A stretch of 64,000 nucleotides of DNA from an uncultured Gammaproteobacteria bacterium (GCA_964503465.1 CAZCYZ010000001.1:17583-81582); one strand, 5' to 3'; positions 46,501 through 56,355 are shown, numbered from the stretch's first letter. Numbers and translations: made by a program. The notes: generated by a model from the sequence alone, not told the origin.

Positions 46501-46892
46501 AAACTACTTTCTCGATGACCCACCGACAAATCGGGTGCGTAAACATACTGATCCACTCCACAAGTTTGTTTGCAATCATTCTGATTGGGGACGATACAGC
46601 TCTCAATTAGTGGTTTACATACAAACATCGCCTTAAATGGCACGTCAATGTTATCGCCACTTTTAACCACGTCATATACTGATTTCAGAAAACTTATCGT
46701 CTTGACAATGGTATTTCCTTTTTCCTCGGTACAATTATCAGCAAAAACATCATAGCAATAAGTTCCCTGCCACACAAACCGATAAGCCAAGCACTGGGAA
46801 TAACAAGTTCCCTCACTTTGTTGATAGGCCCAACTTGTCCCCCGGAAAACAAAAACAAACACCAATCCAAATAGAACAAAATACTTTTTCAT
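43542..46892 (-). CDS. Very large (1116 aa) extracellular protein with signal peptide and C-terminal TM anchor
   Basis: N-terminal signal MKKYFVLFGLVFVFVFRGTSWA. C-terminal LLGGVLLVGGLGYMLKKVRGF. Internal carboxypeptidase-regulatory-like beta-sandwich (RVTIKDTAGNLVNGHVLAV...GRYQFVVSAPGY). Confidence 0.6.
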   Translation of the reverse strand: MKKYFVLFGLVFVFVFRGTSWAYQQSEGTCYSQCLAYRFVWQGTYCYDVFADNCTEEKGNTIVKTISFLKSVYDVVKSGDNIDVPFKAMFVCKPLIESCIVPNQNDCKQTCGVDQYVYAPDLSVGHRESSFHGVYYDEKTKQLYFKLVNNGMGYAWNIEVEASSGHTPNRDGMMSNEQQLFKEKVEHLIYVGARNGPPKSFSDSVGDFLIEESLNGQYLHNFKSWVVSSLDLHSDSKNYNVPNYWIKAVSYNPIPGELNRITFKVDPSQVIPEVYENNNTFVLEIDLRPAPARYEVTTLTKKIVEDTLDSFLVNFQVKNTGEESGVAKVKIYDGKYTEDKAPVYQTEGNILGKNYKDFETTVVVNPSTDPNLYCGKLKEYTLVVGDQEGNQSQRSFWLPIYLGSVNGRVDDILGKRVKMATIKADSGQETQSSDIGYFHLKGINRLGKQIIKATHSEYSKADTRQIEFKFGDEFKACKEGYLLFNSVNFVLKDQDVLFRVTIKDTAGNLVNGHVLAVNTDFRKEVDINGSGPMPELQPGRYQFVVSAPGYKTIRQDVNAVPENNNLEFVLEKIGGRLDDNGLHLVTPKLLWKKNLGTGERLIGNMVGSKNGQLLVVSVGDNKSKTRDLHFLDFVSGNQINIVPVPYSVEQMRYVGLDTSYNGETVGLYVNPGMGATDHEGIVKVFNASGNELGTTTLDKKNAISMEVSPDGFYVCPYLLLDKGLHKYTQHETKGKGDDNFERNAANCGDYFLRNNNYIDDCGGNLCEKTISGQQVRTIGNISEHTAATKYDSSSNDSTVVVRTHKKLYYFGQSSWSKELESDNDFKSVAISNGGTYAMTTVGDGSDKMLGLKVFDSGGVEKTPSFPYKNVRFVFANDKGMYFAQIKLNQVEFYQIGEYASEYNLGKNTPTPVPDWINGISIYSRGQFTPVYNKRYASLDPGTIYRADVSIKFNIVKPFTNSSLGILSITKDSLFAVDSNHDPVLIKGQMTANFDSPATVYAIKFDRYWSGLFEEKLSKFIHHQLPEDEYFVIQNIHTKFRLVNGEGKFNAAAEEGEVLITSKNVKETILGGKQITIDKDNKINRSGYLGSKIYTILLGGVLLVGGLGYMLKKVRGF

Positions 46893-47069
46893 CTTCTCTC
46901 TTCAACTCGAATTATAATCGAAGCCTAACCTTTTGTATAATTCATCAATGTGGACTTGTCCCGTCTGCCGTCGGCTCTTTGAAAAAGCCAAAGAATCCTA
47001 TCACCTAAAAGACAATTCATAATTTCTTAAAAAAGAATCGGCCATTTTCTTGTATCATTAATCTAACCG

Positions 47070-49400
47070 ATGAGAAAGTTATCAGTTCTATTTTTACCCC
47101 TACTGTATTTTCTTTGTTCAAAGTTTACTTTTGCCCAAAGTATTTCCAATATCAATATTGGTCCTAGCCTCGATATTGCCCGCTTCGACAGTTATACCAT
47201 TACTGCCGATGTTGCTGGATATTCTACTACCGATCCGGTTACTGTTCGCCTCACTCCGATCAATGGTGACGATATCGAGAATTGGAATTTTACTGCTGCC
47301 GGCATCGGTTTAACCCGAGACTTAACCTTTGATATGACCTATGTTTCCGGCACAACGTGGCAAAAAACCAACATCCGTCCAGATTATATCTATCCGGAAA
47401 TATATTTTGCTAATTCAACCATTACCTGGAACAATACCCCCTCCAATATTTCAGTCCGGCGCAACAACTATAGTCTTTTTCATGTATCACACGGTTTTTC
47501 CTCTGTTGCCGATATGAATTTTTGGATCGAGATTAACGCCGATGCCGTCGCTGCCAACTCAGCCGATTTGCAGGTGTATTTAGTCAAGAAAGGCAAAACT
47601 GTTTCCTATTTCAATTCTGACTGGCGACTAGGAGTTGGTAGTTCAGAGGTTGAATTGGTGGGAACAGTTAATCGCTTGGCCGACTTTAACCATACTCATA
47701 ACGCCAATTCATCCCACCACCTCATTACTCTCACCGCCAATACAGATGGTACTTTTGGTACCAACCACCTTGATATTTCTGAAGATTTCTGGCTCATTCT
47801 ATACAATAACTCACCCAATGTTGCCCGGGGGTGGAACCTTCGTTACCACAATTCTTCTCTTTGCACTTACCCTGATCGGTGGTATCTTGGTAATCAAACT
47901 GGCTGGACTACCACCGTCCAAGCTGGGTGTCCAGATGTTCATTTTCATCTAGCCAGAAGAGATGCCCAGGTTATGGATGGAGTTGGTGTTAATATTTCCG
48001 CCGGTTCTACCTCTGCTAGTCAAAGTTTTTACTACGGCCAACTTCCCAATTTAGCTCCAGTTCCTGGTCGTTTTACCCATCCAGTTGGCGGAGCTCACTC
48101 GGGAAATTTAGACATTACCTGGTCCTCGGCCTCCGATCCCAACGATGATGTTCTAACTTACAAAATATATCTGCTCAATGGCGGCGGAACTGAAGTTCAA
48201 ACTTTATCTTCGGGAACCACTGCCACCACTATCAGCCTAGACACCACCGGAATTACCAATGGGGAATACGGTCTAAAAGGTGAGGTCTGCGATCAGGCAC
48301 CCTTGTGTGTTTCATTTAACTCTAGTATCAATTTTTTTGTCAACAACGCTCAGGCCGAATTTTACACTGTTTCTTCAGCTAACTTAGCCTCAAGTAATTC
48401 AACACCCACCACCGCCCAAGAAGGGGATACTGTCACTTTAACTTTTACACTAAGCGGCCAGGTGTCTACCCCTGACGTAACTTTCTATTCTGCTGGTTAC
48501 CCAATAACTAATCCAATTACCACAACTAATACCTCCGGCAACACCTGGACAGCTTCTTTTGAAGCTGATACCAGCGACACCAATGGTGAAGTTTCCTTTG
48601 TGATTAGATCCTCCCAACTCGACGCCGAATATTATCAGACCACCGACAGTTCTTTTGTCACTATCGATAATCCAGTTCCTACCGCTACCCCTACTGCCAC
48701 CCCGACTCCGATCTTGACACCTACTTCTACTCCAACTCCAACCTCAACTCCGACCTTGACACCTACTTCTACTCCAACTCCAACCACCACTCCCTCCCAG
48801 AGTCCTACTTCTACTCCCACTTTCACTCCAACTCCAACCTCAACTCCGACCCCCACCCCAACCTCTTCTCCCTCCTCCTCAGCTACAGCCTCCTCCACCT
48901 CGTCTGTTGCCCTACCACCTTCGTGCTCTGACCTAAAACCTGCTACCAACCCTGATTTATTTCAAATTGTTGCCACCTCCAACCGGGCAATCTTATATTA
49001 TTTGCCTATTTCAGGCAAAAATACTTCTTACTACCTTGCTTACGGTCACCAATCGGGTAAACCACAATATGGTGCCATGATCAATTCCAGCCATTCTTCT
49101 GGCGTCCTGTCCTTTACTGTCAATTATCTTAAGCCAAACACTGTCTATTTTTTCAGAATCAGAGGTCAAAATGGTTGCGCCCCCGGTGACTGGAGCAATG
49201 AACTTAAAGTTAAAACACCACCACGAGGCAAAACCACCACTTTTTATAAGTACTTAAAATTTAATCCCTCACCTTTAAAAACCAAAAGCAGTTTTAAAAA
49301 TACATTTCCCCTCATTTCTCCAACCCCAACCTCCCCGCCTTCCGTTCATCCTACTTCGTCGCCTCAAATCAAAAAATGTTTCTTATTTTGGTGTAGATAA
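47070..49400 (+). CDS. Large secreted protein with Thr/Pro-rich linker and C-terminal fibronectin type III-like domain
   Basis: Signal peptide MRKLSVLFLPLLYFLCSKFTFA. PT-repeat linker. FN3-like LKPNTVYFFRIRGQNGCAPGDWSNE. Confidence 0.55.
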   Translation: MRKLSVLFLPLLYFLCSKFTFAQSISNINIGPSLDIARFDSYTITADVAGYSTTDPVTVRLTPINGDDIENWNFTAAGIGLTRDLTFDMTYVSGTTWQKTNIRPDYIYPEIYFANSTITWNNTPSNISVRRNNYSLFHVSHGFSSVADMNFWIEINADAVAANSADLQVYLVKKGKTVSYFNSDWRLGVGSSEVELVGTVNRLADFNHTHNANSSHHLITLTANTDGTFGTNHLDISEDFWLILYNNSPNVARGWNLRYHNSSLCTYPDRWYLGNQTGWTTTVQAGCPDVHFHLARRDAQVMDGVGVNISAGSTSASQSFYYGQLPNLAPVPGRFTHPVGGAHSGNLDITWSSASDPNDDVLTYKIYLLNGGGTEVQTLSSGTTATTISLDTTGITNGEYGLKGEVCDQAPLCVSFNSSINFFVNNAQAEFYTVSSANLASSNSTPTTAQEGDTVTLTFTLSGQVSTPDVTFYSAGYPITNPITTTNTSGNTWTASFEADTSDTNGEVSFVIRSSQLDAEYYQTTDSSFVTIDNPVPTATPTATPTPILTPTSTPTPTSTPTLTPTSTPTPTTTPSQSPTSTPTFTPTPTSTPTPTPTSSPSSSATASSTSSVALPPSCSDLKPATNPDLFQIVATSNRAILYYLPISGKNTSYYLAYGHQSGKPQYGAMINSSHSSGVLSFTVNYLKPNTVYFFRIRGQNGCAPGDWSNELKVKTPPRGKTTTFYKYLKFNPSPLKTKSSFKNTFPLISPTPTSPPSVHPTSSPQIKKCFLFWCR
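48712..48850. repeat. Imperfect tandem ~42-bp repeats encoding the TPTPTSTPT linker
   Basis: cttgacacctacttctactccaactccaacctcaactccgac is repeated about 3 times with decay. Coding, not CRISPR. Confidence 0.7.
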
Positions 49401-49402
49401 CT

Positions 49403-50896
49403 ATGTCTTTATTCATTTTTTTAGCTATTTTACCCTTTTCCCTTTTTTGTCTCCTTCTTCTTTTTCGTCCTAGCACCTCACTTTTAAAAATTTCTCTAAT
49501 CACCTTAGTTGTCACCGTTTTTATCGCCATCACTTTTTGGCACAGCCCTTTTGACATCATCTCTTTTTCGGCCACTCGAGGTTTTTTAATCTCACTTGAT
49601 ATCCTGGCCATTATTTTCGGAGCGATCTTATTTTTGGAAATCCTAAAAAAAATCAAAATTACCGACAACCTAGCTTTCCGCCTCGATGCTTTTTCGCCTG
49701 ATCTGCGGGTTCAAGTTATCATCTTGGCCTGGTTTCTTGAAATCTTTTTAGAAGGTATTGCTGGTTTTGGTACCCCATCCACCGTCGTCGCCCCAATGCT
49801 GGTCGCTTTGGGCTTATCCCCGTTTAAAGCCGTTGTTATTGCTTTGTTGGGTAACAGTGTTTCCGTTCCTTTTGGCGCCGTTGGTACTCCTCTTCGTCTT
49901 GGTCTTTCTGGTGTCAACTTACCACCAGCCTCCCTGGCTCCACTAACTGCTATTTACGGTTTTGTCGGCCTACTTATTCCCGCTTTTATGGCTTGGATTT
50001 TAGTTTCGTCAACCGACAGAAAGTTTATTTTATTTCGTCAGACCCTTCCTTTCGCTCTTTGGTCAGGTATCGCTTTTATCATTCCCGCTTATTTGGTTTC
50101 ATTCTTTGGCGTCGAATTCCCCTCCATTATAGGGCCAATTATTGGTCTAGTCTTGGTTGCCACCACCACTAAAGCCGGCCTTTTTTCTCTTGGTTCGGTG
50201 TATCGTCTGTCCCCCCGCAGTCTTAGACCCTCAACACTATTATCTTTTCAAAAAACTGTTTTTCCATATCTTCTTTTCATTATGCTTCTTATAATCGCTA
50301 AATTCTTATTGGGTACTATTTCAGTCCCAGTCCCGTCACTGTCTTATTCAATTAATATTTTTAATCCTGGTCTGGTCTTTATTCTCACTTCTATTATCAT
50401 CGCCGTTTTTTCTAAAATTTCAGTCTCCGATTTAATAATTATTGGTCGTCACGCCGCCAACAAAACCCTCGAGCCATTTTTGGTTGTCGCCATCATGTCA
50501 ATCATTGTTCAGCTTATGAATTATTCGAGCAACAACAGTTTTCCCCTTCCATCAATCACCCAAACCATATCAACAGTTTTTGAGACACAGTTGTTGCCAA
50601 TTGTTGCTCCGTTTGTTGGTGCTTTAGGAAGTTTCATTACCGGTTCGGCTACTGTCTCCGGTCTGATGTTTGCTCCATCTCTTTATTCATCAAGCTCTAA
50701 TCTTGGCCTGTCTTCCCCCAAAATACTCTCCCTTGCTATGGCCGGAGCCGGCATTGGCAATATGATTGCTCTTTCTGATGTCCTGGCTGCCAAAACTGTG
50801 GCTGACTCCCACACTTCTCTTCGTCAAATCATTTTGCAGATTTTGCCCTATTGCCTAATTTGTCTTGCTCTCATCTCTTTTATGGGTCTTGTTTAA
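49403..50896 (+). CDS. L-lactate permease (LctP) family transporter
   Basis: GIAGFGTPSTVVAPMLVALGLSP...VPFGAVGTP matches the LctP consensus. About 14 TM helices. Confidence 0.55.
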   Translation: MSLFIFLAILPFSLFCLLLLFRPSTSLLKISLITLVVTVFIAITFWHSPFDIISFSATRGFLISLDILAIIFGAILFLEILKKIKITDNLAFRLDAFSPDLRVQVIILAWFLEIFLEGIAGFGTPSTVVAPMLVALGLSPFKAVVIALLGNSVSVPFGAVGTPLRLGLSGVNLPPASLAPLTAIYGFVGLLIPAFMAWILVSSTDRKFILFRQTLPFALWSGIAFIIPAYLVSFFGVEFPSIIGPIIGLVLVATTTKAGLFSLGSVYRLSPRSLRPSTLLSFQKTVFPYLLFIMLLIIAKFLLGTISVPVPSLSYSINIFNPGLVFILTSIIIAVFSKISVSDLIIIGRHAANKTLEPFLVVAIMSIIVQLMNYSSNNSFPLPSITQTISTVFETQLLPIVAPFVGALGSFITGSATVSGLMFAPSLYSSSSNLGLSSPKILSLAMAGAGIGNMIALSDVLAAKTVADSHTSLRQIILQILPYCLICLALISFMGLV

Positions 50897-50897
50897 G

Positions 50898-51740
50898 TCA
50901 TCTGTTGAAGAAAATGAAGAACAATATCGAGCGCAGGGACAATACTACAGATTGAAATTTTGGTAATGGTTTAAGTGGCAATGACCACCGATCATAAATA
51001 TCTTGTAAGCTATTAGCAATCAACCGACCGCTACCCCCGCAAATATTAGTCGCTTCTAATGGCATTGAAAATTTGATTTTAAGTTTTGGTAGAATTTTCC
51101 CTAGTAGGGGAATAATCCGAAAGAAATCCCAAGAAGATGTTCCACTAACGTACGCCATCACCACTTTAGTTTCTTTTGGATATTTTAAATTCTTGATTAT
51201 ATGACCCACCCCGGGCAAAAAGTCCCGGCCATTTATTGATCCACCAGCTGGGAAAATTCCTACCAATGCTCCCTCGTTAATTCTTCTTGTTACCAAAGCC
51301 ATACTTTTAATATTTTTCCCATGAGCCACCTCTGGTGAATATTCAGGACTGAAATGCAATTTACCAAAAAGTCTTAGCCACAAGTTATTTTTGGACCTAT
51401 CACCAATTCGGTGCCCAATATACACCGGAATCAAATGTTTATTAATTGCTGGCAGAATCGATAACAAACTATGCATTACTACCAGGAATACTTTTCGTCT
51501 CGGTGGAATGGCCGCCAATAGCATCAATACCTCTATTTGGGCCGGATGATTACAAATCAATAACACCCGTTCATCTTTTAATACTTTTTTGGTTGTCTCT
51601 GGTAACTCAATCTCTAGTCCCGACGAACAATCTTCAACCACTCGTTTTAAAGTTGTTGACAATCCCTTCGATTTTAGCTTTCGGTTAATCGGCCGAAGAA
51701 TTCGTCGCAGGCCAATTGTAGTATAAAGTGATCTGGACAC
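50898..51740 (-). CDS. Acyltransferase (PlsC/lysophospholipid acyltransferase-like)
   Basis: LLICNHPAQIE (NHxxxxD/E-type block) and FPAGGSINGR (motif III). Confidence 0.45.
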   Translation of the reverse strand: MSRSLYTTIGLRRILRPINRKLKSKGLSTTLKRVVEDCSSGLEIELPETTKKVLKDERVLLICNHPAQIEVLMLLAAIPPRRKVFLVVMHSLLSILPAINKHLIPVYIGHRIGDRSKNNLWLRLFGKLHFSPEYSPEVAHGKNIKSMALVTRRINEGALVGIFPAGGSINGRDFLPGVGHIIKNLKYPKETKVVMAYVSGTSSWDFFRIIPLLGKILPKLKIKFSMPLEATNICGGSGRLIANSLQDIYDRWSLPLKPLPKFQSVVLSLRSILFFIFFNR

Positions 51741-51808
51741 CTGCTTATTCTATCATTGCCAATCGTCTCAATTGATCCTCTCCTAAAATACGACTAAAAT
51801 GTATTTAG

Positions 51809-53380
51809 GTGGACATCATTAAAATTCTTAAGAATCTAAAAGTTAAGGGTACTAATCAAGAAAGCCTATTAACTGGTTTGGGAGTTGAGCAAGTTGGGAA
51901 ATCAATTTACCTTTTTTACCGATTGGACACCGACCATTCAAGTGCTATTAGACTTGCCAGAAGTACCGATGGGGTTGAGTTTAATCTTGTAAAAATCCTT
52001 CAAGAAGAAAAATATCTCCGAAGTACGATTAGTCTTTCAATCAAAAAAGCTATTCGTTCCAGGATAGAGTATTTTGACTGCGGCCCTATTGAATTCGAAG
52101 GAGTAGTCAAGGTCAATGGTGGCAACTTGGTGGTCTATCACCATCGTAATTGGCCCACTGGTTACCAAGTTGGGGTGGCTATTATTAAAAACAACAAAAC
52201 TGTCTATCGGTCAGAATCACCCCTTTGGGAGTCCCCAACTAATTGGGACAATCAAGAAGTCAACTTTGTTGGCCTGGCCTATCTTGACGGCAGGGTGGTC
52301 GGCTATTGGCAGGTTGATGATCAAATTCAGGCAGTTTTTTATCCCAGTTTCAAGTTACGAAGTTCTTCAGTTGCCAAAAACATCAAAGTTGGTCTTAACC
52401 GAACTGACCAAAATCCAATTATCTCTCCCAATCCACAAAACAATTGGGAGTCATGCCAAACTTTTAACCCCGGAGTAATATTGCTTGATAACAAATTCCG
52501 TTTTCTTTATCGCGCCATTGGCGATGATGGTGTTTCTCGTTTAGGTTATGCCGTCTCCGACGATGGTTTTGATATTGGTGGCCGACTTCCTTACCCTGTT
52601 TATACTCACGAAGCCGATCAGTCATTACCTGCCACTTTTAATCTTTATCCTTCCGGTGGTAGTTGGGCTGGTGCCGAAGACCCTCGACTGGTTCGAGTCG
52701 GTAACGAAAATACTGTTTATATGACTTACACCGCTTGTAACCATGGTTTACGGGTCGGACTGACCTCGATTAGTGTCGATGACTTTATTAATGGCCGATG
52801 GAACTGGAAACCTCCAATTTGCATTTCCCCTCCTGGCCAAATCCACAAAAACTGGGTAATTTTCCCGGAAAAAATTCGGGGTCACTATGCTATCCTGCAT
52901 GCCATCACCCCCAAAATTCACATTGAATATTTTGATGATTTAGATTTTAAAAGTGAAAAATATATTGAAAAGAGTATTGATCCTCAACTAATCCCACCTC
53001 AAAACAGCAGTTGGGATCGACGACTCCGCGGAGCCGGCTCCCCACCCATCAAAACAGACCATGGTTGGCTCATGTTTTATCATGCCATGAATTACAAGGT
53101 TGGAGTTATGTTGCTTGACTTAAACGACCCCACCAAAATTATTTGTCGTTCCAAAGCTCCGGTACTAGAATCAGCCGAATTTTACGAAAATAACGGCTTT
53201 AAGCCTGGTGTCGTCTATGTTTCCGGTGCTGTCATTCAGGATGGAAAAATTTACGTTTATTATGGCGGTGCCGATTCGTATGTTTGCGCCGCTTCAGCCG
53301 ACTTGGACACATTTTTAAAACAATTAAGGTATTCCGAACCGCCCACTTTGGAACCGGCCAGGATTATTAAAATTATCTAG
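51809..53380 (+). CDS. GH130-family glycoside phosphorylase/hydrolase-like protein
   Basis: CQTFNPGVILLDNKFRFLYRAIGDDGVSRLGYAVSDDG and a C-terminal YVYYGGAD are GH130 (DUF377) hallmarks. Confidence 0.6.
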   Translation: MDIIKILKNLKVKGTNQESLLTGLGVEQVGKSIYLFYRLDTDHSSAIRLARSTDGVEFNLVKILQEEKYLRSTISLSIKKAIRSRIEYFDCGPIEFEGVVKVNGGNLVVYHHRNWPTGYQVGVAIIKNNKTVYRSESPLWESPTNWDNQEVNFVGLAYLDGRVVGYWQVDDQIQAVFYPSFKLRSSSVAKNIKVGLNRTDQNPIISPNPQNNWESCQTFNPGVILLDNKFRFLYRAIGDDGVSRLGYAVSDDGFDIGGRLPYPVYTHEADQSLPATFNLYPSGGSWAGAEDPRLVRVGNENTVYMTYTACNHGLRVGLTSISVDDFINGRWNWKPPICISPPGQIHKNWVIFPEKIRGHYAILHAITPKIHIEYFDDLDFKSEKYIEKSIDPQLIPPQNSSWDRRLRGAGSPPIKTDHGWLMFYHAMNYKVGVMLLDLNDPTKIICRSKAPVLESAEFYENNGFKPGVVYVSGAVIQDGKIYVYYGGADSYVCAASADLDTFLKQLRYSEPPTLEPARIIKII

Positions 53381-53382
53381 CT

Positions 53383-55281
53383 GTGATCAAGGTTCAAAGT
53401 TATATTTTCAATCCCATTATTTCCCCCAACAAAAAACGGGATTATGAAAATCAGGCAACATTTAATGGCAGTGTCATTGTTGATAATGGTCAATATTTTA
53501 TGGTTTATCGCTGTCTTGGTAACAACCTCTCCACTATTGGTTTAGCTCAAAGTACCGATGGCTATAACTTTACCAAAAGACGACAAATTTTAAAACCCCA
53601 ATATCCCTGGGAACAGTGCGGTTTGGAAGACCCAAGAATCACCAAAATCGGCCAAAAATTTTACATTTTTTATACCGCTATCAGTGACAATCCTCCTGGG
53701 CCCAATTCAATCAAGATTGCCGTCGCTGTCACTACAGATTTTGTTAATTTCGATAAACATCTCGTTACTCCGTTTAACGCCAAAGCCATGGCCTTGTTCC
53801 CCAAAAAAGTTAATGGAAAATATTTGGCCATATTAACTGCCAACACCGATCTTCCCCCATCCCATACCGCTCTGGCCTTTTTTGACTCCGAAGATGATAT
53901 TTGGTCGGTTGACTATTGGCGCCAATGGTATTCCACCTTAGCGGCAAAGGAGATTGTTTTAAGACGCCTTAACCGCGACCACACCGAAATTGGTGCCGTT
54001 CCAATTGAGACTACTGATGGTTGGTTGTTAATTTATTCTTACAATGAGGATTATTTTAATGGCAGCTATGGTACTTTTGGTATTGAAGCTATACTTTTGG
54101 ACAAAAATGATCCGCAAAAAATCGTCGGTCGGACCATCAGCCCATTAATGCTTCCCCAAGAAGATTATGAGCTAAACGGATTAATTCCCAATGTCATCTT
54201 TCCAACAGGTTCATTGGTCAAAAACGATGATCTTTATATTTACTACGGTGCCGCCGACAACTATTGTGCCCTGGCAACTACAAATCTTCAGGACTTATTG
54301 ACCGAAATCAAGAAACACCCAAGCCCAGCCCCCAAACTTCAAAGATTTATTGGTAATCCAATAATCTCCCCTAGTAATGTTCTTAGTTGGCAATCAAAAG
54401 CTACTTTTAATCCCGCCGCTGTCTTAGTAAACCACGAAGTCCATCTTCTTTACCGAGCCATGGGGGCCGACAATACTTCAGTTTTTGGTTATGCCAAAAG
54501 TAACGACGGATTTACTTTTACAGACAAACTCTCTCAGCCTATTTATTCCCCTCGTGAATCTTTTGAAATGAAGAAAATGGAAAATTGTTTCAGCGGTTGT
54601 GAAGATCCACGAATCACCATAATAGGGGATTATCTCTATATTTGCTACACTGCCTATGACGGCCAAACTAATCCCAAAATCGCCCTTTCTTCTATTTCTG
54701 TCGCCGATTTTGTCAATCAAAAATGGAATTTTTCCAAACCAATTGTAATTTCTGATCCCAATTCTGACAACAAGGATGGATGTTTGTTTCCCGAACTCAT
54801 CGATGGTAAATATGTCTTCCTCCATCGAGAAGGTGGTAAGGGTATCATGATTGACTACCTTGATGATTTAGATTTTGCTAATAATCGCCACCTAGAAGGT
54901 GAAATGTGTTTTGTGTTGGGTCAAAACCAGTGGGAAAACGCCAAAATGGGTATATCCGCTCCCCCCATCAAAACTTCTGCTGGTTGGTTGCTTCTTTATC
55001 ATGGTGTCAGTAGAAACGATCAACAATACCGGCTTGGAGCTATGCTTTTGAAACTCGATGATCCCAAAACTATCCTTGGTAAAACCCGCTACCCTTTGTT
55101 GGAACCTGAAATGGACTACGAAAAATCTGGTGAAGTCAACAATGTCGTTTTCCCTTGTGGTGCCATTGCCCGAGGAGATGAAATTCTAGTTTATTATGGG
55201 GGTGGGGATAAAGTGGTTGGGGTTGCTCGGGGGAATGTCATCGAAATCATTGATTCGATGTTTAGCCAATTATCTTCCTAA
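53383..55281 (+). CDS. GH130-family protein with two tandem GH130 modules
   Basis: N-module ATFNGSVIVDNGQYFMVYRCLG...YIYYGAAD. C-module ATFNPAAVLVNHEVHLLYRAMGADNTSVFGYAKSNDG...LVYYGGGD. Confidence 0.6.
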   Translation: MIKVQSYIFNPIISPNKKRDYENQATFNGSVIVDNGQYFMVYRCLGNNLSTIGLAQSTDGYNFTKRRQILKPQYPWEQCGLEDPRITKIGQKFYIFYTAISDNPPGPNSIKIAVAVTTDFVNFDKHLVTPFNAKAMALFPKKVNGKYLAILTANTDLPPSHTALAFFDSEDDIWSVDYWRQWYSTLAAKEIVLRRLNRDHTEIGAVPIETTDGWLLIYSYNEDYFNGSYGTFGIEAILLDKNDPQKIVGRTISPLMLPQEDYELNGLIPNVIFPTGSLVKNDDLYIYYGAADNYCALATTNLQDLLTEIKKHPSPAPKLQRFIGNPIISPSNVLSWQSKATFNPAAVLVNHEVHLLYRAMGADNTSVFGYAKSNDGFTFTDKLSQPIYSPRESFEMKKMENCFSGCEDPRITIIGDYLYICYTAYDGQTNPKIALSSISVADFVNQKWNFSKPIVISDPNSDNKDGCLFPELIDGKYVFLHREGGKGIMIDYLDDLDFANNRHLEGEMCFVLGQNQWENAKMGISAPPIKTSAGWLLLYHGVSRNDQQYRLGAMLLKLDDPKTILGKTRYPLLEPEMDYEKSGEVNNVVFPCGAIARGDEILVYYGGGDKVVGVARGNVIEIIDSMFSQLSS

Positions 55282-56050
55282 TTTCCTCAACTGTCTTTTT
55301 TGGTCGCTGCGCAAACACATTGTGTCCTGCCCCTTTTATGGTTACAAATTTAGTCACCATTGGGTTACTTCCTTTCTGAGCGTCAAATTCTCCATAAATA
55401 TAACTAATTGGGTTATGTAACTTAGTTAATATTTCAGGAAATTCTGTTTCAATTTCTTTTTTATAATCAGGGTCAGCCAAAGACACAGGATCCGTTACTC
55501 TTAAACTTGCTAGTAAGTTACTAGTGTCCTTTTCCTGACTTCCAGTGTTACCTCTTACCGTCGGAATCAATATATTTTCCTTCCCCCACTTGGTTGCCGC
55601 CATCAACCGTCTTATTTGATAGGGGATACAACTGGCTACCGTCGCCATCAATCCGGATATTTTTCCCGGAACCCCCACCAGAACCATCGTCCCCTTAAGA
55701 TTTCCATCAGCCGCCGTTTTAGCCGCCACTACCGTCCCTAGTGAAAAGGCAACAACTGGACTGTTCAATGTTTTTGTTTTTTTTAAGAACTCACCCAGGG
55801 CCTTGGTAAACAAATTGGTATCATGTTTTCTGCCATCTACTGTGTCCGATGCCCCAAATCCCGGCAGATCAAGCAAATATACTTGGTAATATTTAGCCAA
55901 TTCTTCCCCAAATTTACCCCAACAATCACTCGTCATTGACCCATGAACCAACACTATTTTTTGCCCCTGCCCCAACACCCGATAGTTCATCTTCCTTCCG
56001 CTAAAACCATATGTTTCTTGATACGGAAGTTTTTTTCGTGGCTCAAGCAT
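55262..56050 (-). CDS. Alpha/beta-fold hydrolase
   Basis: HG box (VLVHGSMTSD) and a GxSxG-type nucleophile elbow (AFSLGTVVA). Confidence 0.6.
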   Translation of the reverse strand: MLEPRKKLPYQETYGFSGRKMNYRVLGQGQKIVLVHGSMTSDCWGKFGEELAKYYQVYLLDLPGFGASDTVDGRKHDTNLFTKALGEFLKKTKTLNSPVVAFSLGTVVAAKTAADGNLKGTMVLVGVPGKISGLMATVASCIPYQIRRLMAATKWGKENILIPTVRGNTGSQEKDTSNLLASLRVTDPVSLADPDYKKEIETEFPEILTKLHNPISYIYGEFDAQKGSNPMVTKFVTIKGAGHNVFAQRPKKTVEEIRKIIG

Positions 56051-56355
56051 TATTTAGCCAGTATTTCTAGAATCTTGTCAAGCTTTGCGTTTATTGTTTC
56101 AAGCTGTGAACTTCCTCGTGAATCGTCCCTTCTCCTGCCTCCACCGCCACTTTTCTCGAAACATTGACTACATAGCACCGGTTTACCGCTAGTCGGTCTA
56201 AAAGGTACTCGGCAGTTTTTGCCACACTCACCACAAACTGCTTCAAACATCTGCCTATCGTCGTCCCGGCTTCCCCCAAAGCTTCTTTTCCCAAAACTTC
56301 GTTTCTTTCCAAAACTTTTGTTGTTATCAAAATATCCCATCCACCATGATAACAC
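56050..56355 (-). CDS. Zinc-ribbon protein with Arg/Gly-rich tails
   Basis: CGECGKNC...CSQC four-Cys ribbon flanked by KKRSFGKRSFGGSRDDDR and GGGGRRRDDSRG. Confidence 0.35.
   Translation of the reverse strand: MLSWWMGYFDNNKSFGKKRSFGKRSFGGSRDDDRQMFEAVCGECGKNCRVPFRPTSGKPVLCSQCFEKSGGGGRRRDDSRGSSQLETINAKLDKILEILAK

Noticed and set aside
48635-48949. Minus-strand ORF encoding a GVGVEVGV low-complexity protein
   Set aside because: It is the reverse-complement shadow of the TPTPTSTPT linker repeats of the 47070-49400 gene. Not an independent gene and not a CRISPR array: the repeats are contiguous with no spacers.
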